A DNA stretch of 57,927 bases, filler included, from Jimgerdemannia flammicorona (lineage: Eukaryota): the NCBI GenBank assembly GCA_003990765.1. It is 2 parts of 2 records of this genome, joined end to end, with 100 filler letters (N's around TTAATTAATTAA, not from the genome) between each part and the next. Parts side by side here need not be neighbours in the genome. Positions count along the whole stretch, not along the records: positions 1 to 28,914 come from RBNJ01000534.1; 1 more part is not named here. One strand, 5' to 3'. A model generated the notes under the pieces. The model was not told where the DNA came from. It saw only the letters and a program-made list of their open reading frames with translations, and made no database searches. Made by a program: the position numbers and the translations under genes. Of the stretch, positions 1 through 14,109 are shown piece by piece. Position 1 is the first letter of the stretch, and the number at the start of each line of letters is the position of its first letter.

Positions 1-893
1 CAATTTTACGGTAGATATTGCAATGGCAACAAATGTATATACAGAGAGTTTTTTTTTTGCGGTCAAAGTTTTGCGGCTTTGCAGCCTCCCTTTTTATGCT
101 TTCAACTGCATTTTAACTATCGAACTGTGCTTACGGAACGAGTTCTGGAAGTTCGGAAACTGGCTAGTCAGTGTCATTGGCGTAGGGCAAGTCACCGTGG
201 TTCTACTCTATTCACATTTGTCTCTCACAAGATGACGTATCTCCAAAATTCCCATCGTCTGTTCGCTAATCATAAATCGTCATTCCATAATTGACAAATA
301 ATCTATAATTGCCGTTGCTCTTCAATTGTTGTCGTTCTATGATCACCGTCGTTCTATAATCATGGCCATTCTATAATAGTCATTGTTCTACATTGTGCGA
401 TTAATCGCCGATCCATAATCGTTGTTCAACATTCGGCGGTTAATGGTGTTGGGTGAATTATTGCTGGTTTGCATTCTACGGTCTGCGGTCTGCGATCTGT
501 AGTTAGTCGTCGTCGTTAATCATTGTTAGACGGTTAATCGGTTAACAATTTATCCACAATCACATTTCGGTATGTTCGGGTCACGACCGATCGTACTTCC
601 AGTGCAGGAAACCATGTTCAGGCTCAACAAGGTCAACCATGTATCATCCGTCCAGCATAATATATGCTACCAGAACCAAGCATAATGGATTGGTTACAAT
701 CGTTCTAGGGGCATTGACCGGTCAAATGAATATTTACGTTAGACCAGTTGGTTGATGGGGTCAAAACACAATAATTAAACTGATGATTACCATCTACATG
801 TTCGACAACCTGGTCTCTTTCATTTATACATGACAATCCTTATATATAAGCCTTGTAACATCGTAATAAAATCACATTGAGTGGAGCCTTTAT

Positions 894-1726
894 CTAGTCT
901 TTGACATCCGGTTTGTTGTACACAGTCTCTCCAATAGAAAGAGAAGTATCAGGTTTGCTATACACAATTTCTGAAACAGGCTGGCTGTTCTCAACGCGTT
1001 GTTTTATCGGCATTGGCGGTCCGTTGGGATTGGCGCAGGGGTTGTGCTGACTGTTAAATTGCGTTTGATACATTGGCTTGTAGGACTCGGGATAGGGATT
1101 ATACTGATCGGTCGACGGTCGGTTGGGATCGGCGTAGGGGTTGTGCTGATTATTCGGTTGCATCTGGTGTGTATGGGGCAACGACATGGCTTTGACGTAA
1201 GAATTGAACTGATCGGCCGGCGGCCCCGAGTTAGCGCTGTACAGATTGGTCATTTGCGTCTGGTGTGTTTCGAGCGGCGGCCTATTAGGTTCGGCGTTGT
1301 AGGGATTGTACTGATCGGTTGGGAATCTGTTAGGCTCGGGAGAGGGGTTGTGCTGATTAACCGGTTGTATCTCGCGTGTCTGGTGCGGGGCCTTGGTTTT
1401 TCGCCACGGTTTGCGGACGACGAGAAAGATAAGGATGGCAATAATGAGCACGGCGATACTAATGCCAATCACACCACCAATGCCACCAACGCCACCAACA
1501 GCGATCAGTCCGTCCGGGGACGAAGTGAAGCTAGAAGTGAAGCTACTGGTCCATTGAAACGGGGTTTTCCTGGTGTCCAAGATGTTAACATCATTCAAAC
1601 CGTTGAGTGAGTTACCCATCCCTGTTGTCGAAAATATTAATAGAAAAAATAACATTAGTATGATGTACAAGCCTATCGACCGAACGTTGACACGTTGAAT
1701 AACGCTTCAAAAAAAAAAAAAAAAAA

Positions 1727-1817
<91 letters not shown>

Positions 1818-3281
1818 GGGAGGGAGGAGGTTGATGAGAGGAAAACACACATATATATCATGCGTACCAAAGAAAACAATCATCTGCCCATTGACCATGA
1901 CCGATGATGACGCGAGTCTTGCCGCCGGCGCAACCCCGTCGATGGGCGGCTGTGTCCACGACCAGGTCTGGGTGTTGAGCACGGCGATGTCGTTGTAATT
2001 GACCGTATCTGATGTCGTTCCACCGCAGCAGATGATTATGGAGATGCCGTCGGTACCTGAATGAGCCAATTGCTTATTTCATGAATTTTGGATATGTAAA
2101 CGGCTGACTTTTGGCAGGAATGAAAGTATATAAAATGCATCACTCACTTAATACAGCATTATGGTAGCGGCGGGAATTGGGTATGTTGCCAGTGGCGCTA
2201 CGCATAGTCCATGTAGCAGTTTTGGTGCTATAAAAATGTAAAATCAGTTGGAAATGAGACGATAGTGAAGGAGTCACTGCTCATAGATCGAAATAGCAAA
2301 AATAAATAAATAAATAAAATATCGTGCTTACTCAAAGACAGGAACATCACTCATGGAGACTTGGGTCTGCTTCACGTAAGTGTCATTTATCTGTACACCA
2401 GTCAAACCTCCGATAATGACCATTTGATCATTACTGGAAAAAAATCCAAGACAAGACGTTCACGGATTTAATTCAAATAGCAAAAAGAGCCACATGAAGA
2501 TGCATTTAACACGAGAGAGAGAAAGAGAGGGAGTGGGATCGTACGAAAGCATCGTTGCTGTGTGCGCAATCCGGGGCACAGGCGTGTTTCCGGTGATTTG
2601 TAAAACATTCCATACAAGCTTAGTTGTATCAAAGGTAAACATAGAGTCGAAAATGTGCTTAGAGGATCGCACGGAAAAGTATCCTATCAGTACGTATGCG
2701 ACGGAGACAGGAATCGGTTAAGGTATATTGTCGCATGGATAGCTTAATAACGATGACCGAACGTGTATGGATGGCGACCAACCTGTGTAATAGGTACCCC
2801 ACCCGCCCCAGAAATAGGCAATCCCGGTCGAAGCCAAGCCAACAGTTACATCACTTCTTTGCTGCGGCATATTTGAAATATAGGATGGAAAAGACCAAGA
2901 CTTTGTGACGACATTATACTGCGCGAATCCATTTTGCGGCAGTTTTACGCTAGGGTCGCTTGAACCTCCCCAAATATAGAAGGATTTGCCATCAGCAGAG
3001 GACCACATAGGTTTGAATTCGGTCCCAGGCACAGAGAAGGTACCGGCGTCGCTTGTACGGTCGGCCCATGCTGGGCTTGTGCATGGCCAGGACTGGGAGA
3101 CATCGAGGGCGTACATGTTTGAAACGATGTTTCCGGCAGGATCATCGCCACCGTGGACGTAGATAGTGTTGTCCATGAGCAATGCAGACTGGTACATACG
3201 GGCAGGGGGGATGAAAGCGATGACGGGGTGGGCCATCATGGAGAGCGCCACAGGCAACGCCAGGAAGATGAGCCTCGACAT
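894..3281 (-). CDS. Kelch-repeat (galactose oxidase-like beta-propeller) type I membrane protein, ~578 aa, 6 exons: 3281-2783, 2683-2545, 2433-2332, 2227-2148, 2056-1868, 1621-894
   Basis: Manual splicing at GT..AG sites gives 1737 nt in frame. Signal peptide MSRLIFLALPVALSMMAHPVIA; kelch blades with GG motifs (IYVHGG, FYIWGG, AYFWGG, MVIIGG, IIICCGG; PxPRxxH-type motifs); S/T linker; TM helix GGVIGISIAVLIIAILIFLVV followed by RKPWRK; P/N/Q/Y-rich tail. CpG content is normal. Confidence 0.88.
1709..1813. repeat. ~105-nt poly(A)/poly(T) tract inside intron 5 of the kelch gene
   Basis: A-run with a single T, lying between donor 1867 and acceptor 1622. It explains the poly-Phe ORFs. Confidence 0.9.
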
Positions 3282-5237
3282 CGTGAGTTGATGGCAGGAA
3301 TCGGAAAAGACACAGGATGAGGGTGGAGAAAGAGAAGACAAACGTTAACAAAGCCACGCTTCCGGCAGTTCCGTCGTCCCACTCTGTCTTTGCATGTGCG
3401 ATCGGCAATCCGCAGGTGGCTCATTTGTTTGTGAACTACCATGTGCCACTGACCCAAAAAGCCTGCGGCTTTAAGGTGAAATCGCCATCGGCGAGGACTA
3501 TCGGTGGCGGATATAGGGATGGTATGACCCAAAATTTCGATCTGAAACACTGCCAGTAGCCAGTAGTGATCTTAAATTGTTAAACACTCTCTTTTCGCAC
3601 GACTCACTGTGTGTCAGTGTGATCACCCGACACTTTGTGTCCCGATCACTGTTAATTGTACATGACCACATCGTGACTCGTAAGTATCAATAAAGGACAC
3701 AGACATGGGAATGTCCAAAAAGAGAACGGGGTATATAGAAATCTAATGGGACACATGATATCAGAATTTGGCCGTGGCGACGGGATCAATGCACTACCTC
3801 TTCAAAAAAAAAAAAAGATACATCGGGGATGCTATTCCAGATTATTTGAGTACGAAGCTAGGGGTTTAACATGCCAGCGGCCAAATAGCTTCTATCTCCG
3901 TCTCTCCAACAGAAGACGACGTAGACCTTATTATGGCTGACGCAAGTACTGTAACTTTGGTTAAGGCCAACAAGATCATCCAGCTATTAGAATAAATCGT
4001 AAATAGATTAGTTACCGGGATTTTACAAGGAAATACGTATGCATAGACATATGAATCATTATTCCGTCACTGCCAATCATCCCATTAACACGTGTTCAAT
4101 GTTGCATTCATTCCCGAAAAATAAATATCTCTCGTTTTCAACGATCGTCTGAACAGCTACGACATGAACTATCAACAAGAGCTCTTTCGCCAGGGTCGAG
4201 GACACCCTCTCCAACGGCCACCCCTTCACACCATGCCCACTTTGAAATAAAAAACACGCGCAAAAACAGTCGGTTGTGTAAAGAGAAGGCATTTCGCGGA
4301 CGTCCCCTCCGAATTCAATCAGCTCTCGCTTGGTCGGCTCCTCGTGAGTTTGATGGGAGAAATTGAAACTCTGAAAAATTTAAAAGGTCGAAACACAACT
4401 GGCTAGAAATATTAAAGAGTTCAGTGGCTGTGTGAAAAAAGGGCAGAAACCCCGGCAAAAGGAGGTACGCCCCTTTCAAAATCAGCATCTGCTTGGTGTT
4501 CTCCAAGCGCGGAGGTCCGCATTTTTTTTTTTTTTTTTTTTTTTTCAAAATCTATCTTGCGTATATATCAGCTCTTGGATCTTGCGTTCGTGCTAATCGT
4601 GTTCGGTGCACGTGATGACGTAGGGTAGGCGAATTTCTTTGGCACCCTCCCTAACCTCGGTATAATGAAATCTATAATTTTCTAAGACATCCACCTGTCA
4701 TCAAATATTCTCTAAGAGTCCTGTTAAATGTTCTGACTCGCCGCCACCGTAAGTGATTTCGATCTGGGTACTGCGATATTCCTGTGGACCTGCGGAATGG
4801 GGCGGGAGGTTGGTTGCAGCGTGCGTAAATTATTCGTGAATTATAGAGGCAAGACACAAGAAGTATATATAAAGACCTATGAAACCATTGTCTATAGTTT
4901 ACCGTGAGGCCTTTATACCTTTCGGCCATCATATCGACAAGGTTCGTGGACTTATGGAAGGCGGCAGCTTCGGTGGCACCCTTAATGGAGGGTTTGTCTT
5001 TGCTTTCGCAAATTTCACGGTTCAGATCAACACTTTAAGTGGGCATTCTTTCATTTCTGCATTAGTGGACTTGAACGAAATGTTCGAGTGTGTGCAATTC
5101 GAATGTGGCTCGTGCGAAAAAAAACCACTGAATATATATATATATATCATGCAATACAATCTAAGCTAGTGAACTAGATATCCAATGCAGTCCTCGTACT
5201 TAATGAGTTAGATTATATACGAGTTGATAGTACATAC

Positions 5238-6795
5238 TGTGACAAGTGAATAACATAGTATAGCCAGATGACATGAACACTCAGCATAGCATAGTTACCC
5301 ATACCTAGTTACCCACATGCACCACCACTTATAATTAGCCAAAGATACTAAATCAGGTTTGTTGATCTGTGTCCTAAGGACACACCTGTGCTCATTGGAC
5401 ACACCTATGCCCATCAGATATATGTACCTGTACCCACTAGACACACCTGTACTCAATGGACATACCCAGTTACTCTTTTTCCAAAACAGCATTACTGTGC
5501 ATTCTATAGTTAGCCACATAGCAACTAGATAGTAACCACAACTATATAAAATACCCCAGAGACAAGAGTGAATAAACCTTAGTCTGAAAAGTTCAAAAGC
5601 AAAAGTCAATTGTCTGGTACACTTAGAAGAAATGTCTGCCAAAAGTCACTTAATTTAGGAAGGATTACAATACTAGGAGATATACCTACTAATAAGCTAC
5701 TACCAAGAAGTTATAAGCTTTACTCTATTCTTACTCTGGTTCACTTTCTGATAAAAAAGCCTGAGTTTGCTGCCAAGTTTAAGTGAAGAGCTTTGCTACT
5801 ATTTGAGTAATCTACTACTTAAAGAAAAGTTATTATTTTTAAGAAGTCTGCCTAAATTCTCAATACAAAGCCAGTCTAGTATAAGATGTACCTTCACAGT
5901 GAATCTGTTCATGCAAATGAAGCAGTTTATTTTTTTTTTATTTTTTTTTATGAGTACTAGGCCTCTTTATTAACTAATTTATAATAAATACAAGATCCTT
6001 ATACTACATTAGTAGCCTCCATCCAACCCCACTCCACTTTACTCTACTTTAATATATATACTCTCTTCTCTCTACTCTTTCTCTCTTAGAAACTATCAGA
6101 CCATTAATTACCTCAATCTGCTTACTACTTCTCTCATATATCTCTTCTATCAAACATTGATAGCAAACTTTTTGAGGGCCCCACCTCTTTCACTAGCTGG
6201 ACAGAATGTTCACCATCAACTCCTCCTACTGTACCATTCTTTTCCCCATGATCATTCACCTCCTATTCTTAAACATATACAGCCAGTATCCAGCCAACTC
6301 TACCCACAAAGCAGTTTTTGATATAACTTATTAGTTAGAAAAATCCACTAATTTAGAAAAATCTGTGCTATCTGAGTTATTCTCAAGTAAACTACTGATT
6401 TAGAAAGAATCTGCATCCTCTGAAAAGTCTGCCAAATTATCAACTCACTATTTATTAAGAAATACTATTAAGATCAATAGACTATTATATAGAAATTATA
6501 TATATAAAGAAATCTACTTACAGAAATTATCATGTAAAAATTATATAAGAAAACCACTTATATTATATAAAGATTATCTGCTGTTACCCATCATACAAAT
6601 TATTACTACTCTTAAAAACCTATCCTAAAAAGGAAATTGACCACTTGATATTCAGATTTATCTATTATACTAGATATCAAAGATATCCGAAATTATAAAA
6701 TATTTTATTACTTTGACAAAGTAACTAGAGACTCAAGCCAATCTACATAGTAGTCTCAATCTTGTAATTTGTCTTTATTGAGTTAGTACATTATA
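5238..6795 (+). repeat. Gypsy-1 5' LTR (~1.17 kb plus a LINE-tail insertion)
   Basis: Aligns by eye to 25540-26639 from tgtgacaagt/tgtgataagt to gagttagtacattata/gagccggcacgttaca. TATA-like tatataaa at ~5543 and AATAAA at ~5571. Confidence 0.9.
5927..6308 (-). mobile_element. 5'-truncated non-LTR retrotransposon (LINE 3' tail) inserted in the Gypsy-1 5' LTR
   Basis: Absent from the 3' LTR; begins with poly(T); flanked by duplicated aagcagt (5920-5926, 6309-6315). Confidence 0.8.
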
Positions 6796-6797
6796 TT

Positions 6798-6814
6798 TGG
6801 AGACTCAACTGGAA
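6798..6814 (+). promoter_or_regulatory. Primer-binding site of Gypsy-1, resembling a tRNA-Pro PBS
   Basis: TGGAGACTCAACTGGAA lies 2 nt after the LTR. It matches TGGGGGCTCGTCCGGGA mostly through G>A/C>T transitions. Confidence 0.5.
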
Positions 6815-7059
6815 AGATTTTCTTTAAATCTATATGACTTTTTAACTCATAAGAACCCAACAGCCAAACTGGATATATTTGATATAATACTAATCTCTAT
6901 CACTATAAGAGAAAGAGTTATCACCAGTATTTGGACAAAAAGAGAAATAAATATCTCAAGACTTATTAATTACTCAGTATTAGAAGGATCTCAACCAGAA
7001 GTCAGTATAGTATAAAATCCTCAACTAGTACTAATAGACTTACTATCAGGAGACCTGAC

Positions 7060-7428
7060 TAGTACTCTCAACAAATTGAATTGAATTGATTTTGACCTAA
7101 ATTTAATTTGATTCAATCAAATCAAAGATCCAACTTGATTTAATTTAAATTGAATCAAATGCTAATTTAATTTAAAATTTAATTTGAATCCTATTTTTCA
7201 AAATATAATAACTCAACAAATATATGTCCAAATTTAATAGTCTTTAGCTTATTAGATTTTCTATATAAGGTAAATCTAATAAGCTAAAGATTTTTAAATT
7301 TGGATATATTTTCATTAAGTTATTACATTTCTAATAATAGATTTTATATTGGATCCTCAATTCAATTTGATTCAAATAACTCTCAATCTAATTCAATTTA
7401 AATTAATTCAATTTATTTGGAAGCACTA
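7060..7428. mobile_element. AT-rich foldback/MITE-like element in the Gypsy-1 5' leader
   Basis: The whole segment is an imperfect inverted repeat. A perfect 19-bp central stem tctttagcttattagattt (7241-7259) pairs with 7272-7290. Ends: tagtactctcaacaaattgaattg / caatttatttggaagcacta. No clear TSD. Confidence 0.6.
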
Positions 7429-10400
7429 CTAGAAATAACTCCTTTAAGGATACCCAGACCTACTATATCTCACCTAAGATCAATAATACTATCTTTAGAA
7501 TATCCAAGCATTCCAAGTCTTAGTAATAACTCAAAAAGTAAATTAGAACCAGAATTAGAACTAGAAGACAGTAATGACAAAATTGCTACCTCAATGTCAA
7601 TCTTTGCAAAATATCCAGAAGAAATCCCAAGAGAATTTCTTAATAGAATTGAAGGAATTATAGCTCTAAAGAATCTCTCTGTCTAGAGAAAAGTTACTAT
7701 CTATAAGGCCCAACTCAGAGAACCAGCCAAGGAAATTTTCAACTGAGTAGTAAGTAATATATATTCAGACCTTAGGGCAGCCATCCATATAATACTCTGG
7801 AAAGAAGAATATAGTACCATGATCTACTGGTTTATCAAAAAATATATAGAAAACAAAACCTACTATAAGACTCAAGAATCCATTATAGAGATGAAGATAA
7901 ATCTTGAAGAATCATCTAGGGCATTCTTTACTAAAATTCAGAAAAAAATATATAGTTGGGTTCAATACTACTAATTAAGACATTATAGGTCCAATGACCT
8001 TTATAAATGGAATCTCTCCAAATATCACCCAGTAGATATAGCTTAAAGATTTTTCAATATTAAATAAAGAACTATTTGGAGTGATCATGATAAGAAGAAT
8101 AACAAAGAAGATCTCTTAGTTAAAACTCTGTAAGGACTTCTTCAAGAATACAGAAAATCAGAAGAAGGGAAGCCAATCAAGAAGTAGAAGAAAGAGAGAA
8201 ATGAAATCTAAGACCTCAACTCCAAGTTGGATCAATTGGTTGAACAAATTGAAAAACTCACCACATGTAAAAATCAGAGCTATCTACAGAACAACAGAGG
8301 GTACATACTATGAAGAAACCAAGACTACTCATTTAGAGATAATAAGAACTATCAGCTATAAGAAGAGAAGATACTCAGTCTGAGGCAGAGCCCAAGTTCA
8401 ATACTTTTACTATAGATAGTTTGGATACTATACTATAGAATGTGATAATAGAAAAAGTGACTAAAGAGACTCAGAACCACTAAATCAAAAGAATGCAATC
8501 CAGTATAAGAAGACTGAAGTTCACTCTATTAAAGACTTTGAAGAAGAAAGCAATAGTGAAAACTACAGTGATCTAAACCTATATATAATCAAGATTATTA
8601 TTAGAAAAATAGTCTACCCAGCTGAGAAAAGAAAGAGACCAGTAGAAAGATTATCTAGAAATACTAGCAGAATAATTATCTAAGAAAAAAATAAAGAAGA
8701 TGAAAAAGAGCAGGTTGAGATATCTCTCAGATCTCTCTTATCTGAGGATGAAGAAATAGAGCAAGAAGAATAATTGTCTATTCTTCTAAAGTCTAAGAAG
8801 AAGTATATCCTAAAGACTATACTCAGAAATATCAATAATGAAGCCTGATAAAAGATTTAAGAAATCAAGATAGAAGTTCCTCTTCTACAGTTCCTATAAC
8901 TGATATTTGCTAGAGTTCAAAATAAGCTATTAAGAACTATCAGGTCCAGTACTGGCTGAGTCTCAATTCTATAACAAGAACTAGTACCAACTATTATCCA
9001 GACTGCAGAAAGACATATCATTATATATCTGTATAGAGATATTGGAGAACAGAAGGTGAAAATCCTTATTGACACAGAAGTAGCTATTTATATCATTGCT
9101 AAATAATTTCTAGATAATCTCCAGTAGTCCCTTGATAGACTATCTAATCTCAGTATCATATTAATAGATAGAGCCCAAACTCAACCCCTTGGAGAAGTAT
9201 ATATAAACATTACTATCTCTCTTAGATACATTTAGTTCTCTATCTCAAAAGCTATTGTTACTGAAGCTATTACTTATGACATGATCCTTGGTACTAACTA
9301 GATGAAAGAAATAAATACTATTATTAATATTGACCAATAGGTGCTCAAATTCAACTATAGAGAAAATAAGTATAGAATAAAAGTAACCAGCTATAAATAA
9401 TTGAAGAAGAAGTAGAAGGTCACTATTTAGAAAGAATATACCAGTAGTGAAGAATCTACTATAAAGAAAGAAGAAGAATCTGAAGATAGAAATGATCTCA
9501 GACTCAACCTATAAATTAACCTAGCAGATAATAGACATATGAGCTAAAGATACATACTATCTCTATTATAATTGAAGCTATTGTAGAATAAGCTAGAGGA
9601 TATCCCATCTGTTGCAAAAGATATAAGTGCTCTGAACATTCCTTCAAAATTATTGAAATAAGGAATTTATCCTACCCTAAGTATAGAAAAAGGAAAAAGA
9701 AATATAACTACTCTCTGAATATATCTATAACTGAATCTACAGAAGTATAAGTAATCTAAGATCAAGAAATATCTGATAAAGAAACCTCTAAACAAGAAGT
9801 TTCCAAATAGGAGGAACTCTCTGAACTTATCCTCTAAGATGATCTCTACTAGATATGTACTATCAAAAGATGATGACCTCTGAAATGCTGAAGAAAGACC
9901 AAATATAGTTATTTTTGCTCTAAGATGAGAAATATACCAGGAAAGAGCCTTTTAGCTAGAAATATATCAGTATCAAAAGGTCTTCTACTCTCTCTGAGAC
10001 TATCACTATCAGTGCTACTTAATGGATTAGTAAAAAAGATAGAAATACTATAGACCAGAATCTCTAATCATAATTATACAAATAACTATCTTCTAATAAA
10101 CTACTATAGTATTGAAAAAACAAGCTAATAGATAGGGTCACTTCATCTGAACAGAAGTACAGCCCTTAGCTACTCTTCTCCCAACTTATGATAAGGATAG
10201 ATACTGATTCCTAAAGTAGTAAGAAGTCAATAACCAGAACTATATTTTTGAGTAATGAGATATTATAATTATGAAAAATATCCAGACTGCTGAAACTATC
10301 TATATCAGAAGATTCATCTCAGCCAAGATGTTACTATATATATACTAAAGAAAGAAGATAACAGAGCTCAGATCTGAAAAAACTAGATCAAGAAACCAAA

Positions 10401-10659
10401 GAAGAAGACTCTTAAGATCTATGATATAGAAAATAACACCCTAGTCTTTATTAGATATAAAACTCATCAAGGATAGATAGAAGATACTGTCAACTTTATA
10501 GAAGCTCTAGATTCTATAAGAAAAAGAGAAATCAATTATCTCTGAGACCCCTCTACTGAAGCCAGATAATAATATCTTAACCTTAGAGTCTGTAGACTTA
10601 TGTATGTCTACTTGAGTCTCAGCCCAAGGATAATCCAAACTTAGTGAAGATATCACCCA

Positions 10660-11330
10660 GTATGACTTGCTATATCTCAAAACCAAACCTCCAACAAAAG
10701 CTTACCAGGAAGATATGAGATATGCTGGATGGTGGATAGGTTGGGGTCCTTTAGGGGGGCAATGGTAAGGTTTGGTAGTGAGGATATGCGAACAGAGTAG
10801 TGGGAGGGTGGGGATTATATTTGATAGAGTAGTGTTTCATCGAAAAGGGATAGGGGGGAGGGGCCCCCCTAGGGGGATTGGATAGGGGGTGGGTTCACTG
10901 TACTTATATGGGATAGATAGGTATAATAAAGGAAGAGTCCAAGTGACTAAAAAAAAAAAAAAAAAAAAAAAAAAGGAAGATATAAGATATGACCTTTATA
11001 GTCTCAGAGATAAATCTATTAAGCCTGAAAGAACAATAGTGCTTAGTACAGAACTAGCTATACAGTTACCCAAAGGAACTTACATCTAACTAACCTCAAG
11101 GTCTAGACTTACTCAATAAGAAATAACTATAAAAAGAAAAATAATAGATCTGGATATATAGGTGAAATCAAGATTATCATAAATAATAGTAGTATAGAAT
11201 GAAACTGAATCTATAAAGGATAAAAGATTATACAAGTAATCTTTATAAAGATCAAGACTCTCTAACTATAAGAAGTCTTCAAACTAACTCAAGATATAAG
11301 ATAAATCAAAAGATTTAAAAGCTTAAATAA
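10660..11330 (+). pseudogene. Retroelement dUTPase domain of Gypsy-1, split by a LINE tail
   Basis: PTKAYQED|YDLYSL...TELAIQLPKGTY..LTSRSRL...IIDLD..GEIKII and a degenerate motif-5 region. Confidence 0.8.
10725..10973 (+). mobile_element. 5'-truncated LINE tail with poly(A), inserted in dUTPase motif 1
   Basis: G-rich 3' UTR, AATAAA and ~25 A; 18-bp TSD aggaagatat(g/a)agatatg at 10707-10724 and 10974-10991. Confidence 0.88.
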
Positions 11331-14109
11331 GAAAGAAGTATATATTTTCTAGGTTAATTACTTTAAGAAAAATACTTCTTAGCAAGTATACTGCCAATTA
11401 GTCAAGCTATATAAGGACCTCATCTTAGAACCAGAAGAGTAGAATATCTTTGAAATCTTTATACTACTTGATCCTAGAAATCTCTTCTTTAAACTCAATA
11501 AAGATATCAAGAATCTAGATATAGAAGGATATACATTTCTTAATAAGATAAATCCTATATACTCTTAAGTAACTAATCAAAGCTAAGAAAGTCTCATTCT
11601 ACCAAAAGGAACTATTATAAGTCATCTGGTGTCCTATCTCAATTAAATATATAGAGAAGTTTATAAACTAAACCTATTAGGAAATAGTAGAAGATCTTAA
11701 AAGAAAAGAAAGACCTTTCTGTAATCCAGGAGAAAGTAAAGCCTTCCACCAATATTGGAGAAGAATTGACCCCCTAGCAATAGTAACAACTTACAGAACT
11801 CCTTTATAAATATCAGAATATCTTTAATATAGATTATGGTAACCTATCATATAACCCATTATACTACTATAGTATAAATATAGAAAATGTAATACTCATC
11901 TAATAGAAGTCTTATAGAATACCCTATTATCTAAATATATTTGAGAAGGAATACATTCAGGAACTCTTAGACAATAGAGTCCTATAACTCTCTACTAGCT
12001 CCTAAGTCAGCCCTATTCTTATTATACTAAAGAAAGGAGGATGAATACTCTATATAGACTACAGAAAGCTCACCTTAGTGACAGAAAAAAATCTACTCTT
12101 TGTCTAGAATCAATGATCTTCTAGATCAATTATAAAATACTAGATACTTCAACAGTATGAATCTTTTCACAGAATTTTATGAGATCTCTATAGATATTAA
12201 AGATATTCAGAAAATAGCTTTCTTACTTTAGAAAAACTATTTAAATATCTCTGAATATCCTTTAGACTCTATAATATACTCTTCACTTTCTAGAGAATGA
12301 TAAACTCAGTCTATAGCCCACTAATTTACTACTGCCTAATTATATATATAGATAATTCTAATATCTATTTAGCAAATTTTGAAGAATACCTATACTATCT
12401 AAAAGAATTCTTCCAGCTCACCTGTAAGAACTACCTGAGACTCAATACTAAGAATGCTACTTTAGAAAACAAAAACTTGAATTTTTAAATTCAATATTTC
12501 TAAAGAAGGAACTCATATAGATTCAAAAAAAACTGAGAAGATCAATAACTGATCAGTATCCAAAACCCAGAAGGAAATATTATTATTTCTGATATTAGTA
12601 TCTTATTATAAAAGATTTATTAAGAACTTTGTCCAAATCACTACTCTAATTCAAACTCTTTTTAAGAAAGAAGTACTATATAAATAGATAGAACTACAAA
12701 AACTAGCCTTCAGAGAACTCAAGTACTGTATGACTACAGTACTAATTTTTATATAACTCAACCTACAGAAGCCATTCATCTTATATATAGATACTTTCAA
12801 AGATGGCCTTGAAGTAGTTCTAGCCTAAGAAGGATCTGACCAGTAGTATCATATAATAGTTTATACAAGCTGAGCTACCAATCAGTAGTAAATCAATTAT
12901 AGTAACACTAAACTAGAATATCTTATAATTATATGAACAGTCACTCTGTTCAAACACTACCTTATCAAAAAAAGGTTTACTCTGATAACTAATTATACTA
13001 CTCTCAAATAGCTATTCAACTATAAGAAACTTACTAGAATCCTTATCTACTGGATTCTTTCTTATAGGATTATAAAATAACTATTATCTATAAGATAGAA
13101 AAAGCTTACAACAATGTTGATATACTTTCTTATCAATTCTAATAAATCAGAAAAAGAATATACCAAGGAACTATACTCTAAAGAAAGTTCCTATAACTAT
13201 TAAAGCACAAGAAGACCTTATCTGAAAAGAACACTAGAAAGCCTACCAAAGATAGATAAATATAAAAGAAAAACTATATACAATATATCAATATTAGTCT
13301 AATCTCAGAATATAAGTTAGAGATATACTCAAAAAATATAATATATATCAGCTAAAAGTACTAAGAAAAGAAAAACTATCAAATACTACTATAATCAATT
13401 GTATTATAAGATAACATCTTTTAAATATAAAGAGTAGATATTATTAGATCTCTATTAGTTATACTAAAAAGGAACAAATATATCCTAGTATTTATAAAAT
13501 ATCTAACTAAATAGCCCAAAGCTTTCTCAATAGAAATTGCTAATGTCTTAACTATTGTTGGCCTTCTCTATGGTCTCATACTTAGATATAAACCCTGAGA
13601 AGAACTTATTTCTGAATAAGATATAGAATTTGTTAATAATATAATCATAAGTTATATTTAAATTTATATGATCTATCTCAAATAAACTATATCATACTAC
13701 TTTCAAACCAATGGTATAATAGAACAAATGAACCAGACCATTAAGAAAGAACTTATCTGAGTCAATTCTACTAATTAAGACTTCTGCTTATCTGAGATCC
13801 TATAGAAAATTTAGAATACTCCTGCTACTTCTACTAAACAAAAGCTATTCAAGATAATATTTATTAAGAGAATCAACTATTGATCATAAGAACCTCAGAG
13901 ATCTCATCAAAAAAACAGAACAATTATATAATTAAACTTAAGCTCAGATAATCAAGACTTAGAAAAAATAAAAGAAGTACTATAACTAAAAGTAAAAGAA
14001 TCAGAAGATCAATATTAAAGATCAAGTACCAGTCTGAGGAAGTATAATCAAAATGAACTTTGCTATCAAAATAGAGTCTAAATAAGAAAGATCTTATCTT
14101 ATGCACAAT

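Larger units (their letters stand above)
7594..14100 (+). pseudogene. Gypsy-1 gag-pol relic (Zn knuckle ~8402-8445, protease ~9060, dUTPase ~10660-11330, RT ~11800-12600, RNase H ~12700-13150, integrase ~13200-13950)
   Basis: Degenerate motifs ILIDTE(G)VA, YIDYRKL, RINDLLDQL, IYIDNSNI, KPFILYIDT, YYFQTNGIIEQMNQT. Most stops are consistent with mutated CAA/CAG/CGA/TGG. Boundaries approximate. Confidence 0.85.

Noticed and set aside
300..560. Degenerate gttctataat/cgtt short repeats
   Set aside because: Irregular period and no unique spacers; not a CRISPR array and cannot be assigned to an element.
999..1610. 203-aa plus-strand ORF
   Set aside because: Antisense shadow of the last kelch-gene exon.
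1612..2069. Poly-Phe ORFs
   Set aside because: Translation of the intronic poly(T) tract.
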